The notes beneath the pieces were generated by a model. It ran no database searches. It was not told where the DNA came from and worked only from the letters and a program-made list of their open reading frames with translations. Made by a program: the position numbers and the translations under genes. This document shows positions 25,730-36,407 of a stretch of 64,000 nt of DNA, piece by piece. Source of the DNA: Nitrospinaceae bacterium (lineage in GTDB: Bacteria > Nitrospinota > Nitrospinia > Nitrospinales > JACRGP01); contig JAJDBB010000095.1 of assembly GCA_029261555.1 (NCBI GenBank), forward strand, positions 33,511 through 97,510. The letters run 5' to 3'. Each line of letters starts with the position of its first letter. Positions within the stretch are counted from its first letter, which is position 1.

Positions 25730-26665
25730 ATGACTCTTCCAACGAAAAAAACTTCCTATCAAACCACTGACGCTGAAAATCCCTACCCTCTGGAAGGGTT
25801 CGATTATCGTCTGGTGGACGCCGGAGACTTCCAAAAACTCGAAAGGTTTGGGCCGTATCATTTCATCCGTCCGGCGCCCCAGGCCATCTGGCCGCGCAGA
25901 CTGGGAGAAAAAGAATGGAAGCAAGCCAAAGGCGAGTACCGGTATTATAAAGGAAAGGAAACGGGCGGGGAGTGGACCCTGTTTGACAAACTGCCCAGGG
26001 AAGGCTGGCCGGCGAGGTTTCACGATTTAACTTTCCAACTGCGACCCACCGGGTTCGGTCACATAGGATTATTCCCGGAACAGGCGCCCAACTGGATATG
26101 GATCGCTGAAACGCTGAGACGAATTACGGATCGCGAAATAAAAGTCATCAACCTGTTCGGCTACACCGGCGGCAGCGCCTTGGCCGCGGCCTCTGCCGGC
26201 GCGCACGTCACCCATGTCGACGCTTCCAAGGCGTCCGTCACCTGGGCGCGGCAAAATCTGGAACTCTCCGGTCTGGGCGACCGGCCCGTGCGCTGGATCG
26301 TCGACGACGCCTCAAAGTTTTTGATACGCGAGAAAAAGCGCGGCAACCGCTACGACGCCGTGATCATGGACCCGCCCACCTTCGGTCGCGGACCCAAAGG
26401 CGAGGTCTGGAAAATCGAAGATCATTTATCTGAATTGATGCTTCAATGTCGCGACGTGTTGAGCGACGATCCCTTGTTTGTTCTGCTCACCACGCATTCG
26501 CCGGGCTTTTCCGCGCTGACCTTGCAAAACATGATCCTGACGCATCTTTTCAAACACGGAACCGGGCGCATAGAATCCGGCGAAATGTCGATATTGGACA
26601 GCGCCTCAAACCTCCACCTGCCTAGCGGCTTTTATTCACGTTGGATAAGTTCCAGCCTCGGCTAA
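25730..26665 (+). CDS. Class I SAM-dependent methyltransferase (RlmI/RlmK-like)
   Basis: KLERFG, GLFPEQ, INLFGYTGG, VDAS, MDPPTFGRG. Confidence 0.88.
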   Translation: MTLPTKKTSYQTTDAENPYPLEGFDYRLVDAGDFQKLERFGPYHFIRPAPQAIWPRRLGEKEWKQAKGEYRYYKGKETGGEWTLFDKLPREGWPARFHDLTFQLRPTGFGHIGLFPEQAPNWIWIAETLRRITDREIKVINLFGYTGGSALAAASAGAHVTHVDASKASVTWARQNLELSGLGDRPVRWIVDDASKFLIREKKRGNRYDAVIMDPPTFGRGPKGEVWKIEDHLSELMLQCRDVLSDDPLFVLLTTHSPGFSALTLQNMILTHLFKHGTGRIESGEMSILDSASNLHLPSGFYSRWISSSLG

Positions 26666-26699
26666 GCCAAAATAGAAGACTCTCTATAAAGGGAAATAC

Positions 26700-28256
26700 A
26701 TGGCGCGGGAATTTTATAATTCAATCAAGTCGGGCGCTCAGAACGACCCGGACCGGACGGCGATCATCGACGGAGAGGTTTCCTTAAGCTACGCCGAGTT
26801 GCTGGAACAAGTCGAAAAGTTTTCCGCCGCCCTGGAAACTCTGAACCTGGGACCGGACAGCAAGCTGGGGATTTTTTGCCTCAACCAAAAAGAATTCCTC
26901 GTCGCTTTGCTAGGCGCCTTTCTTAAAGGAGTCCCGGTCGTTCCGTTCAACCTGCTCTTGGGTCCGGAGGATCTGGTCTTTGTCGCCAAAGACGCGGGCG
27001 TGGACGCCATACTGTTGAACGCAGCTTTTGTGAAACCGGAAACGGCGCCGTTCTTTAACATGTTCCCGCATCGGATCGTCGCGGGACAAGGCGAGAACGT
27101 CGGCCTGCTCAAAGAGGGGTTTCACTCCTTCGAAGATTTTCTGGAATCGGGAAACGCCAGCGACGCTTTGACGAAACATAAACGCGGAGCAAACATTCCC
27201 GACCTCATCCTTTATACCTCGGGCACGACGGCGCGTCCCAAGGGCGTGACGCTTAACGAATCCCAGCTATTCGCCAACACTGGAGCCGTTCGCGAGCATT
27301 TGCCGTTTTCCAGCGAGGACCGCGTCATCATGGCCCTGCCCTTGTTTCACTCTTTCGGCAACATCATTGCGCTGGTGATTTTGCAATCGCACGCCACCTT
27401 GATTCTCGTCCCCCAGTTTGCGCCCAAGACGCTTCTGGGCGCCATCGACCGGCACAAAGCCAGCGTGCTCCCTCTGGTGCCGACCATTTATTCTTTTCTG
27501 GCGGACCTTTACCAACGCGGCGGTTACGACGTTTCGTCTTTAAAATATTGCATCTCTGGCGGCGCGGCGTTGCCCGTTGCTCTGCTCCACAAAGTGGAGG
27601 AGGTATTGGGGGTGACGGTCATCGAAGGTTACGGCCTGACGGAAACGGCGCCGGTGATCGCGGTCAACACGTTCAAGGACGGCAGTATTCCCGGTTCGGT
27701 GGGTCCGCCTCTGAGCAACGTGGAGACGCGGATCGCGGACGACGCCGGCAGACCGGTGAAACAAGGAGAGGTCGGCGAAATCTGCGTGCGCGGGCCTTCC
27801 GTCATGAAAGGCTATTGGAATCGCCCGGAGGAAACCCGCGAGGCCTTTGGCCCCGAGGGTTGGTTTAAAACCGGCGACCTGGGTCATATTGACGAGGCGG
27901 GCAGGCTTTATATTTCAGCCGGACGCAAGAAGGATCTCATCATCCGCGCCGGGGAAAATATTTCTCCGTTGGCAATTGAAAATGCGCTGATGAATCACCC
28001 TGCGGTGGCGGAGGCGGCGGCTATCGGAACGCCGCACGAGCGCATGGGGGAGCAGGTGAGCGTTTGCATCGTCCTGCGCGCAGGGCAAACGGCCACGCCC
28101 GCGGAGTTCAAGGAGTTTTGCCGCAATAAACTTCCCGCTTACATGGTCCCCGATCAATTTAATTTCTACGCGGAACTGCCGAAAAACGCGGCGGGAAAAA
28201 TCCTCAAAAAACAATTGAAAGAAGAGTTCGCAACCAGGCAAGCGCCTGGAGGCTAA
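26700..28256 (+). CDS. Long-chain fatty acid--CoA ligase / AMP-binding enzyme
   Basis: YTSGTTARPKG, EGYGLTE, TGDLG, LPKNAAGKILK. Confidence 0.92.
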   Translation: MAREFYNSIKSGAQNDPDRTAIIDGEVSLSYAELLEQVEKFSAALETLNLGPDSKLGIFCLNQKEFLVALLGAFLKGVPVVPFNLLLGPEDLVFVAKDAGVDAILLNAAFVKPETAPFFNMFPHRIVAGQGENVGLLKEGFHSFEDFLESGNASDALTKHKRGANIPDLILYTSGTTARPKGVTLNESQLFANTGAVREHLPFSSEDRVIMALPLFHSFGNIIALVILQSHATLILVPQFAPKTLLGAIDRHKASVLPLVPTIYSFLADLYQRGGYDVSSLKYCISGGAALPVALLHKVEEVLGVTVIEGYGLTETAPVIAVNTFKDGSIPGSVGPPLSNVETRIADDAGRPVKQGEVGEICVRGPSVMKGYWNRPEETREAFGPEGWFKTGDLGHIDEAGRLYISAGRKKDLIIRAGENISPLAIENALMNHPAVAEAAAIGTPHERMGEQVSVCIVLRAGQTATPAEFKEFCRNKLPAYMVPDQFNFYAELPKNAAGKILKKQLKEEFATRQAPGG

Positions 28257-28323
28257 TGTTTACGATTGGCTATTTTTCCTTAAACTGACAACTGTCAACC
28301 GACCGCTGCAAACTATTTTTTTA

Positions 28324-29598
28324 TCAGCCTCCGGCGGCGCAGCGGAAGCCAACTCCGACATTACGAAAATCTCGCAGGAAAGCGTTGCGTTTGGCCGAGC
28401 GCAGAAAATCGATCCTCGTGTTCCAGGCGCCGCCGCGAATGATTTTATAGCCGCCGCTGGGCGGGCCTTTGGGATTGTCTTTCGGACTCAGACTGTAAAA
28501 GTTTTCCAACATCCAGTCGTTGGTCCATTCGGAAAGGTTGCCCGCCATGTCGAACAAATTGTAGCCATTAGGCGGAAAAGCGCCGACGGGGGCCGAAACC
28601 GCATAGCCGTCGTTATGCGCGGCATTTTTAATATTGAGAGCGCACTTCTCATCGCAAAAATTTCCCTGCTTTCCCGAAAAGGTATCGCCGGTATAAAACG
28701 CCTTGCCCGATCCAGCTCGGGCGGCAAACTCCCACTCCGCCTCGCTGGGCAACCGCTTGCCGGTATTTTTACAGTACTGGTCGGCCTCAAACCAAGTGAC
28801 GCTATCCACCGGAAGCTCAGCCCCGGTGTATTGCGACGGATTGGTTCCCATCACTTTCTGGAAATCCGCCTGGGTCACCTCGTACTTGTCTATTTTAAAC
28901 GGGTCCAGACAAACCTCGTGCACGGGCCTTTCGTCGAGATTGCCCTTTTCACTGCCCATTTTGAAGCATCCCCCTTTTAGGGCGACGAGGCTTTGCTTGA
29001 TTTTTGCCGGGCCGGATAATGCGATCAATTCTTTTTGAACGATCAGGTCCATGTCCTTAACCAAGTAGTAATCCCGGCGAGGGACTCCGATAAACTCTAT
29101 TCTCACCTGCTTTTTGGGAACCAGTTCCACCTTGCCGGTCCGGGGAAAATACATTCGATAATGTGGAATGGGATCGCGGGATTTAGCCTCAATATAATTC
29201 CTCATATTGTCCTTGCCTTGGGGCGGCGCGACCACCGTCTCGTCCACGATTTCGGCCTCCTCGCTTTCGGACTGCCCCTCCCAAAAGACCCGAACCTTTT
29301 TGCCGTGGGAAACGGGCAGGGCCAGGATTTTTGTCGTCAACTCGCCCGCTTCTTTCCATTTTTTAAAACGAATTTTAATGTCTGCGAGCGACTTCATCAC
29401 GCGATAATTATTTGGATCCACTTGCAACGCCTTTTCATAAAGGCCTTCCGCCGTTTTATAATCGTTCTGGGTAAACGCGCTGTCTGCTCTATGAATAAAA
29501 TCGTTGGCATTTTCCGCAAAGGCGAATGGAACCGACGACCAAAAACAAACAAGACAAAAACCCAACGCTCTGTTTAAAAATTTCATGTGCTGTCCCAT
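28324..29598 (-). CDS. Secreted TPR + formylglycine-generating-enzyme (FGE-sulfatase) domain protein
   Basis: Signal peptide, TPR-like N-terminus, FKMGS...DERPVH, RLPSEAEWEFAAR, LFDMAGNLSEW, RGGAW, GFRC. Confidence 0.88.
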   Translation of the reverse strand: MGQHMKFLNRALGFCLVCFWSSVPFAFAENANDFIHRADSAFTQNDYKTAEGLYEKALQVDPNNYRVMKSLADIKIRFKKWKEAGELTTKILALPVSHGKKVRVFWEGQSESEEAEIVDETVVAPPQGKDNMRNYIEAKSRDPIPHYRMYFPRTGKVELVPKKQVRIEFIGVPRRDYYLVKDMDLIVQKELIALSGPAKIKQSLVALKGGCFKMGSEKGNLDERPVHEVCLDPFKIDKYEVTQADFQKVMGTNPSQYTGAELPVDSVTWFEADQYCKNTGKRLPSEAEWEFAARAGSGKAFYTGDTFSGKQGNFCDEKCALNIKNAAHNDGYAVSAPVGAFPPNGYNLFDMAGNLSEWTNDWMLENFYSLSPKDNPKGPPSGGYKIIRGGAWNTRIDFLRSAKRNAFLRDFRNVGVGFRCAAGG

Positions 29599-29726
29599 TG
29601 AAATATCCTTAAATAAAAGTTCAGGAATTATTTTTGAAGGAAGGCGTTAATTATATCATTCCAAGTCCGAAATCCAACCCTAGATGGAGGAGCGCAAAAG
29701 CTCCGGCGAGGCGAAAGAAAAATAAT

Positions 29727-29885
29727 TCAGGCCTCCGGTTTTTTCCCGTCGCTCTCGTCTTTCTTTTTGGGTGGTACTTTTTTGGGCGTCTTGGAGGTCT
29801 TCTGTTTTTTTAACTCCTCCCACTCTCCGCCTAAATCTTTTTTCCGCTTTTCCCGCTGGGAGAAAAAATCCGTTCGTTCAATCAT
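29727..29885 (-). CDS. Small Lys/Glu-rich hypothetical protein (52 aa, below the ORF-track cutoff)
   Basis: MIERTDFFSQREKRKKDLGGEWEELKKQKTSKTPKKVPPKKKDESDGKKPEA. GGAGA RBS, same strand as both neighbours, hairpin downstream. Confidence 0.55.
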   Translation of the reverse strand: MIERTDFFSQREKRKKDLGGEWEELKKQKTSKTPKKVPPKKKDESDGKKPEA

Positions 29886-30014
29886 TGCATTCTCCAGGAC
29901 AAAAAGAGACCTCGATCCAGCCGGGCTGGTTTGTTACATATAATGAAATTATATGGGGCGGTGGAGAAACTGTAAACCGTTTATGAGGGGAAGAGGGGAT
30001 AAGATTGTGAGGCG

Positions 30015-30842
30015 TTAAAAAAAGAACTCAACCAGTTCATCCAGACGGTAATTGATCTCCTCGGATACCTGCTCCAATTCATCCTTGTTCAAGCCCACAA
30101 TTCCCACGGGGTCGGCTTGGGGATCAACGTCAAAGCTTCTGTTGCCGCAAGTGTGCCCGAGCGTATTGGCTATGATGTTCGCTAGGCTGACCGTGGCGGT
30201 TTTGAACTGGTAATCCTCCGATTCAAAGGGATCGTGATGGTGGGCCACGGGATCGACCAGGCTTTCGGGAAGCTTCCAGGCCCTCAATAACTCCTGGCCG
30301 ACGAGGGCGTGGTCGTAGCCTATGATTTCCTTCTCAATCAAATTGGCGGGCATTTTTTTATCTCGACTGATTTCCAGAACCTTCCTGGAGACGTCAGGCA
30401 GTTTTTTGAACAATACCAGCTTGCCAACGTCGTGCAACATCCCAGCCAGAAACATACTCTCCAATCCGTCTCCCCCGCGCCGGGAGGAAAGATATTTCGC
30501 GGCAAACCCGCAAGCCAGGCTGTGTTTCCAGAATTTTTTCATGTCCACCAGATCCCTGGGAATCCCCTGGAATTGATCGGTCACGGAAGCGGCAAGCACA
30601 AGATGACTCAACTGCTCGGTTCCCACAAAGGAAAGGGCCGTGGTGATATTCTCCACAGGCTGGGACAAATTGTAAAACGAACTGTTGACGATTTTTAACA
30701 AGCGGGCAACCAGAGCGGAATCGCTGCTGATTATTTTCCCCAGGTCGTCAAACGAGGTCTCCGGATTGTCGAGCGCCGCTTTCAGTCTGAAATAAACTTC
30801 CGGCAGGGACGAGACCCAATCGTCAATCAAATTGGTTTGCAT
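30015..30842 (-). CDS. HDOD domain protein
   Basis: SLPEV, LLKIVNSSFY, FWKHS, GMLHDVGKL, DHALVG...WKLP...HH. Confidence 0.92.
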   Translation of the reverse strand: MQTNLIDDWVSSLPEVYFRLKAALDNPETSFDDLGKIISSDSALVARLLKIVNSSFYNLSQPVENITTALSFVGTEQLSHLVLAASVTDQFQGIPRDLVDMKKFWKHSLACGFAAKYLSSRRGGDGLESMFLAGMLHDVGKLVLFKKLPDVSRKVLEISRDKKMPANLIEKEIIGYDHALVGQELLRAWKLPESLVDPVAHHHDPFESEDYQFKTATVSLANIIANTLGHTCGNRSFDVDPQADPVGIVGLNKDELEQVSEEINYRLDELVEFFF

Positions 30843-30959
30843 TTTGGTTGTAGTCGATATGGAGGCGAAACCCTCAAATTATTTTTGAGGCTTACTAATA
30901 AATATATCATGCTAATTTAATCAACCCCTATTTACCAGGTCGTGCTTCGGCGGGGCAGG

Positions 30960-32774
30960 TCAATCCAACTCAAATTCCGTTCGCCAGTCGACGTCGTCCT
31001 TGAGGGGAGGTTGTTCTTTTTTATCGAGTATCAAATTTTCCAAAACCAGATAGTCCATCTCCGTGCGCATGAAACACAGGTAGGCTTCTTGCGGGGTACA
31101 GACGATGGGTTCGCCGCGCACGTTGAACGAGGTGTTGATGATGAGAGGACAGCCTGTTTCGCTGTCAAATTTTTTAATCAGATCGTAATAACGCGGGTTG
31201 GTTTCGCGGTCGACGGTCTGGATGCGAGCGGAATAATCAACGTGCGTGATTGCTGGCGCCCCGGAACGGGACACGTTCAGCAAATCGATTCCGAACAATT
31301 TTTTTTGCTCTTCGGAGGGTTCCAGGCGTTTGTCTTTTCGGACGCCCGCGACCAGCAACATGTAAGGGCTATCGGAATCCATCTCAAACCATTCCCCTAC
31401 TTTTTCCCGGAGGACCGAGGGCGCGAAGGGGCGAAACGATTCGCGGTTTTTAATTTTGAGGTTCATGACGGACTGCATGGCGGGACTGCGCGCGTCGCCG
31501 ATGATACTGCGTCCGCCCAGGGCGCGGGGACCAAACTCCATCCTCCCCTGGAACCATCCGACGACTTTTTCGTCCTGTAACTTTTTGGCGACGCTTTGGC
31601 TCAGATCGCCGTCGTCGCATTCCCTGAAAGGGGCGCCGCTTTGATTCAGAAACTCCTTGATCGCCTGCGTCTCGAATCGCGGCCCCAAGTAAGCGCCTTG
31701 CATGAGATCCTTGCCGTTTCCCTTACGATCATTGTTCAACACCTGACGCCAGATGTACAAGGCGATCCCCAACGCCCCTCCGGCGTCGCCCGCAGCGGGT
31801 TGAATCCATATATTATCGAATATTTTTTCCTTGAGGATTTTTCCGTTGCCAACGCAGTTGAGGGCCACGCCCCCGGCCAGGCAAAGATTTTTCATTCCGG
31901 TCGACTGACGAACGTGCCGGGCCATGTTCAACATGATCTCTTCGGTGACCGCCTGCATGGACGCGGCGATATCCATCTCCCGCTGGGTGAGCGGGGACTC
32001 GGGCTTTCTGGCGGGCGCTCCAAACAGGTCGGCAAACTTTTTGTTGGTCATCGTCAGGCCGGCGAGATAGTCAAAATATTCCATGTTCATGTGGAACGAC
32101 CCGTCCGGTTTTAGATCGAGTATATTGTCGCGGATCAAATCGACGTAGCTGGGCCGACCGTAGGGGGCGAGGCCCATGACTTTATATTCGCCGCTGTTAA
32201 CCTTGAAGCCGAGGTAATAGGTGAACGCTGAATAAAACAGGCCGAGGGAGTGAGGGAACCGCAACTCCCGGATCATTTCCAGATGGTTGCCTTTGCCGAC
32301 GCCGATACTGCTGGTGGCCCATTCCCCCACCCCGTCCATGGTTAAAACGGCGGCCTCGGAAAACGGGGACGGGAAGAACGCGCTGGCGGCGTGCGACTCG
32401 TGGTGTTCCGCGAAAAGTACGGGACCATAATAGTTCAGAGCCTCGCGGATATTTTTCCGCGTCCACAGTTTTTCCTTGAGCCAAAGGGGGAGCGATTTTA
32501 AGTAGGAGCGGATTCCCCTGGGAGCGACGCTGAGGTAGGTTTCGAGAATGCGTTCGAACTTGATGAAGGGTTTGTCGTAGAAACCGACGTAATCCAGATC
32601 GGCAACGCCAATCCCACCTTCTTTCAAACAAAACTCGACTGCTTTTTTTGGAAAGTCTGCGTCGTGCCTTTTCCGCGTGAACCGCTCCTCCTGAGCGGCG
32701 GCGACGATTTCCCCATCCTGCACCAAGCACGCGGCGGAGTCGTGATAATAAGCTGAAATGCCAAGTATGTTCAT
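30960..32774 (-). CDS. Carbamoyltransferase (NodU/CmcH family)
   Basis: YHDSAA, AQEERF, EHHESHA, DGVGE, GEYKVMGLAPYG, GGVALN, EFGPRALG, FRPFAP, NTSFN. Confidence 0.95.
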   Translation of the reverse strand: MNILGISAYYHDSAACLVQDGEIVAAAQEERFTRKRHDADFPKKAVEFCLKEGGIGVADLDYVGFYDKPFIKFERILETYLSVAPRGIRSYLKSLPLWLKEKLWTRKNIREALNYYGPVLFAEHHESHAASAFFPSPFSEAAVLTMDGVGEWATSSIGVGKGNHLEMIRELRFPHSLGLFYSAFTYYLGFKVNSGEYKVMGLAPYGRPSYVDLIRDNILDLKPDGSFHMNMEYFDYLAGLTMTNKKFADLFGAPARKPESPLTQREMDIAASMQAVTEEIMLNMARHVRQSTGMKNLCLAGGVALNCVGNGKILKEKIFDNIWIQPAAGDAGGALGIALYIWRQVLNNDRKGNGKDLMQGAYLGPRFETQAIKEFLNQSGAPFRECDDGDLSQSVAKKLQDEKVVGWFQGRMEFGPRALGGRSIIGDARSPAMQSVMNLKIKNRESFRPFAPSVLREKVGEWFEMDSDSPYMLLVAGVRKDKRLEPSEEQKKLFGIDLLNVSRSGAPAITHVDYSARIQTVDRETNPRYYDLIKKFDSETGCPLIINTSFNVRGEPIVCTPQEAYLCFMRTEMDYLVLENLILDKKEQPPLKDDVDWRTEFELD

Positions 32775-32831
32775 TTTTATTTTAACTTTCCAAACGGCCT
32801 GGATTCATAGTTAAAAACACGTTTTGTTCTA

Positions 32832-34055
32832 CTAACCATGCCCGCCAGCTCCTTTAATTTTCTCCATCAATCCCGACCAGGCGTCAAGGGTTTTATCCAT
32901 GCCAAACGTTTCGTCGGCCAGGCGGCGGGCCTTCTCCCCTATCTCTGGTAAGGACTCACTTTGCCGGTAGGCTTGCAAAATAGTTTCTTTAAGCGCTTGT
33001 GCGTTGCCGGGCGGAGAAACGAATCCAACGCCCTCTTTATGAATGAACCGGCTCAGCCCGCTTTCGGGTTCCATGACCGCTAAAACCGGGCAACCCTGAG
33101 CAAGATAATTGATCGTCTTGCTGGGAAACGCAACCTTATAAACGCCCTCCTTTAAGGAAATAAGCCCAAGGTCGGCGGTTTGCATGGCTTTACTCGCCAC
33201 GTCGGCGCTTTGTCTGGGACAAAAGAACAAGGTGTTATTAAGAATTTCCTTTCCTCGTTCTTTCAGGCGTCCTTCATAAAGCCCTTCGCCCATGAAAAAG
33301 AATTCTAAACATTCCTCGTCCTTTAGAAGCAAGGCCGCGTCGATCACCGTATCCAATCCCTGGAACATGCCTATGTTGCCGGCGAACAGGATGCGGAATT
33401 TTCCTGGAGGTTTCACAGCCTCTTCAGGAAGTTCGCAGGCGGCTTCCGGAGTCGGCAAAATGAAACTGTTGATAATGTGAAATCGCCCGCCGTCGTTCAT
33501 CCCTCGAGACGTCAGAGTATTTTTCATATCCTCCGACAATACGACCAGGGCGTCGGCGTTCTCGCAGTTTTTCTGGTCGATCTTCAACATCCAATTATAC
33601 AGCCGGGAGTTTTGAATGAAACCGCCCAGGCGCCCCACCTCGGGATAAATATCCTCGCACTGGTAAACAAACGCCGCTCCAATCTTCGCCGCCGCAACTC
33701 GAACCGCCCAGCCCATAAAAACGGGCGGAAAGGAGGTGGTCATGAGAACGTCGTATTTTTTATTGGTAAAAACGTGAAGCAAGATTCGCATTGAAAAAAT
33801 CAGGATATTGATTATGCGGGTCAGAAACCGGTTTTGTTTTTCCGGAAAGACGGGGACGCGATAAACTTTGAAGGCCCTTTGATTTTCCAGCGCTGGAGGC
33901 GTCGGGAAATCTCGCTGTGGGGAAAATGCCCGCCGGGCGCCGAGAACCGTCACCTCGTGCCCGTCGTCGATCCACCGCCGGACAATGTGAGGAAGCATGG
34001 CGGCAAGAGGCGTATCGTCGGGCCAAAAGAATCGGGTAACGATGAGTATTTTCAT
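32832..34055 (-). CDS. GT4 glycosyltransferase (WbuB-like, putative L-FucNAc transferase)
   Basis: FFWPD, DIYPE, FAGNIGMFQGLD, FPSKT. Lies directly after the fnl genes. Confidence 0.85.
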   Translation of the reverse strand: MKILIVTRFFWPDDTPLAAMLPHIVRRWIDDGHEVTVLGARRAFSPQRDFPTPPALENQRAFKVYRVPVFPEKQNRFLTRIINILIFSMRILLHVFTNKKYDVLMTTSFPPVFMGWAVRVAAAKIGAAFVYQCEDIYPEVGRLGGFIQNSRLYNWMLKIDQKNCENADALVVLSEDMKNTLTSRGMNDGGRFHIINSFILPTPEAACELPEEAVKPPGKFRILFAGNIGMFQGLDTVIDAALLLKDEECLEFFFMGEGLYEGRLKERGKEILNNTLFFCPRQSADVASKAMQTADLGLISLKEGVYKVAFPSKTINYLAQGCPVLAVMEPESGLSRFIHKEGVGFVSPPGNAQALKETILQAYRQSESLPEIGEKARRLADETFGMDKTLDAWSGLMEKIKGAGGHG

Positions 34056-34080
34056 TGAAGCAGGGAAAGGAATCTAAAAA

Positions 34081-35238
34081 TTAATTGTAATCGTGGAGTT
34101 CGACGTTTTTCCATCGATGGCAAAGCCGTGCCGTGCCTATGATTAAATTCACCACCCGTTGAGAGACGTTGTCTACGAGATAATCGGCGGGCGTGGGCGG
34201 CGGCGAACCAGCTGCGTAGGGCCGAACGGCTTGATCGATGCACTGCAAAATCGCCGCCGGCTCCAGGCCGGAGATAAGAATACTACCGGTATCCAAGCCT
34301 TCCGGACGCTCCATGGCATTGCGCACGGTGACGGCGGGGAAACCCAGCAGGGAAGATTCTTCCGTGATCGTTCCGCTGTCGGACAAAACACAAAAAGCGT
34401 TTTTCTGAAGCTTATTGTAGTCGAAATAGCCGAAGGGTTTCGGAAACTGAACGCGCGGATTGACGACTTTTTGCGAAAGGTTTTCCAGGCGGCTCCGGGT
34501 CCGGGGATGCGTGGACACAACGACGGGCATGTCGTGGGCGTCGCAAGCCCGGTTGAGAGCCTCCAGCAATTGGAGCAGATTTTTAGAGCTGTCGACGTTT
34601 TCCTCGCGATGAAAGCTGGCAAGTATGTATTTTCCTCGCTCCAGATCCAGGTCGTCTAATATGGCAGAGCGTTCGATATCGCTCTCAAAATGATCCAACA
34701 CCTCTTTCATCGGCGAACCGGTGAGATAAATATGCCGGTGCGGCAAGCCCTCGGAAAGCAGGTGGCGGCGAGCATGCTCGGTATAGACGAGATTGAAGTC
34801 GGCGATGTGATCGATGATCTTGCGATTGATCTCTTCGGGAACGTTGGGATCGAAGCAACGGTTTCCCGCTTCCATATGGTACAGGGGAATTTTCATCCGC
34901 CGGGCCATGATTCCGGCGATGGAACTGTTGGTATCGCCCAATATCAACGCCGCGTCGGGGCGTTCCTTCTGAAAAACCTTTTCCACCGAAGAAAGAATAC
35001 TTCCCATGGCGGCGCCCAGCGACCGGGTATCCGCTTCAAGAAAATGATCGGGCTTTGGCAGTCCCAACTCGTCAAAAAAAATCTCGTTCAACTCGTGATC
35101 GTAATTCTGGCCGGTGTGGATCAATTTATGATCCACCGCTTCGTTCGCTTCGTTAAGCCGCGCAATGACGCGGGACAAGCGGATGATCTCCGGACGCGTG
35201 CCAAGTATGGTAGCGACTTTAAGTTTTGCAGAAGCCAT
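34081..35238 (-). CDS. fnlC: UDP-2-acetamido-2,6-dideoxy-L-talose 2-epimerase (FnlC/WbjD)
   Basis: GTRPEIIRL, HTGQNYD, GDTNS, HMEAGNR, VPEEINR, SDSGTITEE. Start ATG at 35238. Confidence 0.9.
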   Translation of the reverse strand: MASAKLKVATILGTRPEIIRLSRVIARLNEANEAVDHKLIHTGQNYDHELNEIFFDELGLPKPDHFLEADTRSLGAAMGSILSSVEKVFQKERPDAALILGDTNSSIAGIMARRMKIPLYHMEAGNRCFDPNVPEEINRKIIDHIADFNLVYTEHARRHLLSEGLPHRHIYLTGSPMKEVLDHFESDIERSAILDDLDLERGKYILASFHREENVDSSKNLLQLLEALNRACDAHDMPVVVSTHPRTRSRLENLSQKVVNPRVQFPKPFGYFDYNKLQKNAFCVLSDSGTITEESSLLGFPAVTVRNAMERPEGLDTGSILISGLEPAAILQCIDQAVRPYAAGSPPPTPADYLVDNVSQRVVNLIIGTARLCHRWKNVELHDYN

Positions 35239-35242
35239 GGGT

Positions 35243-36403
35243 TCAGGAGCCGGAGCTAACAGACTCGGCAAGAATAACGGGTTCGAAAATAGTATCAGCC
35301 GCATTGGGATCGTAAATCTCATGCGCCCAAAACAGGGTCAACAACTCCGTATCGCCGACATTGGCGATCGTGTGGGTGTGCAGAGTGGGAATGTCGATGT
35401 ATTGTGGCCGCTCTCCATTCACCTCGAATTTTACGATTTCATCGTTAAACATTCTTCGCAGACAAATTTCCGCCTGGCCTCGGACAACCAGAAACCGTTC
35501 CAGCTTGGACAAATGATAATGGTTGCCCCGCGTGATTCCCGGTTTGGTGGTGGAGACAAAGGACTGGCCGCCGTTAAAATTTTTAACCGCCTCGAACAAA
35601 TGTCCCCGGTCGTCTTCGTGAAGTTGCAAATTCCGGGGATAGGCCTGGGGGAACAGATAGGACCGATAGGTATTGAAGAGCGCCAGGTCCAGCGGGTCGC
35701 GCAGGTCGGGAACAATATGGGCGCCGTAGGAAGCGGCCATGGAGCGCAATTTCTCCAACAGTTCGCTCACCATCATGGGCGCTCCGCCGACGGCGACGTC
35801 GCCGGTATTTTTGGTCAGGATCGCCTCGTAAATAATGTCGGCAACCCTTTGCGCGTGGATTAATTCCAACGCAGAATCTTCAATTATTTTGGGAGCCTCG
35901 CCCTGGGCCAGTTGATGGCAGAAGGTGGACACGACGGAGTTGTAAAACGGCCTGCCGCTCTCGCCAAAGACATGCGGCAGGATCATATTGCTGAATTCGC
36001 CGCCTGATTTTTTGGCCCATTGCCGAAAACGCTCGGCGCAAATTCTTTTCGAGCGACCGTAAGCGCCTTCTTTATAAATATGAGTGGAGGAAGAAAAAAT
36101 AATATGCGCCCGGCTTTCCAGACGCTCCAAACTTTCGACCAAATCATCCGCCAGTCGGATGTTGACGGTTTCCAACTCCACGCCGTCGCCCCGGTTCATT
36201 CCCGCAAGGTGAACGACGACGTCGCAGGAGTCGACAAAGTCGTCCAGTGCGTCCGGCCCATCGGCAAAGGTCGAGCGGTTGGCCGCCTTGACGGTCGTTC
36301 CCTCCCGGCCTTTTAAAAAGGCGCGCAAATGCCAGCCGATCAAACCTTCCGCGCCGGTGATCCCGACGACAATATTCCCTGGCGATGAAGAGGATTCCGG
36401 CAC
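35243..36403 (-). CDS. fnlB: FnlB/WbjC/CapF reductase-epimerase (SDR + cupin)
   Basis: ITGAEGLIG, HLAGMNR, PFYNSVVSTFC, cupin TRGNHYH. Confidence 0.9.
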   Translation of the reverse strand: MPESSSSPGNIVVGITGAEGLIGWHLRAFLKGREGTTVKAANRSTFADGPDALDDFVDSCDVVVHLAGMNRGDGVELETVNIRLADDLVESLERLESRAHIIFSSSTHIYKEGAYGRSKRICAERFRQWAKKSGGEFSNMILPHVFGESGRPFYNSVVSTFCHQLAQGEAPKIIEDSALELIHAQRVADIIYEAILTKNTGDVAVGGAPMMVSELLEKLRSMAASYGAHIVPDLRDPLDLALFNTYRSYLFPQAYPRNLQLHEDDRGHLFEAVKNFNGGQSFVSTTKPGITRGNHYHLSKLERFLVVRGQAEICLRRMFNDEIVKFEVNGERPQYIDIPTLHTHTIANVGDTELLTLFWAHEIYDPNAADTIFEPVILAESVSSGS

Positions 36404-36407
36404 GGGG

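Noticed and set aside
29686-29720. GCGCAAAAGCTCCGG resembling part of a c-di-GMP-I riboswitch
   Set aside because: The GGCAAAC and GNRA-tetraloop elements are missing. It is better explained as a simple hairpin downstream of the small ORF.
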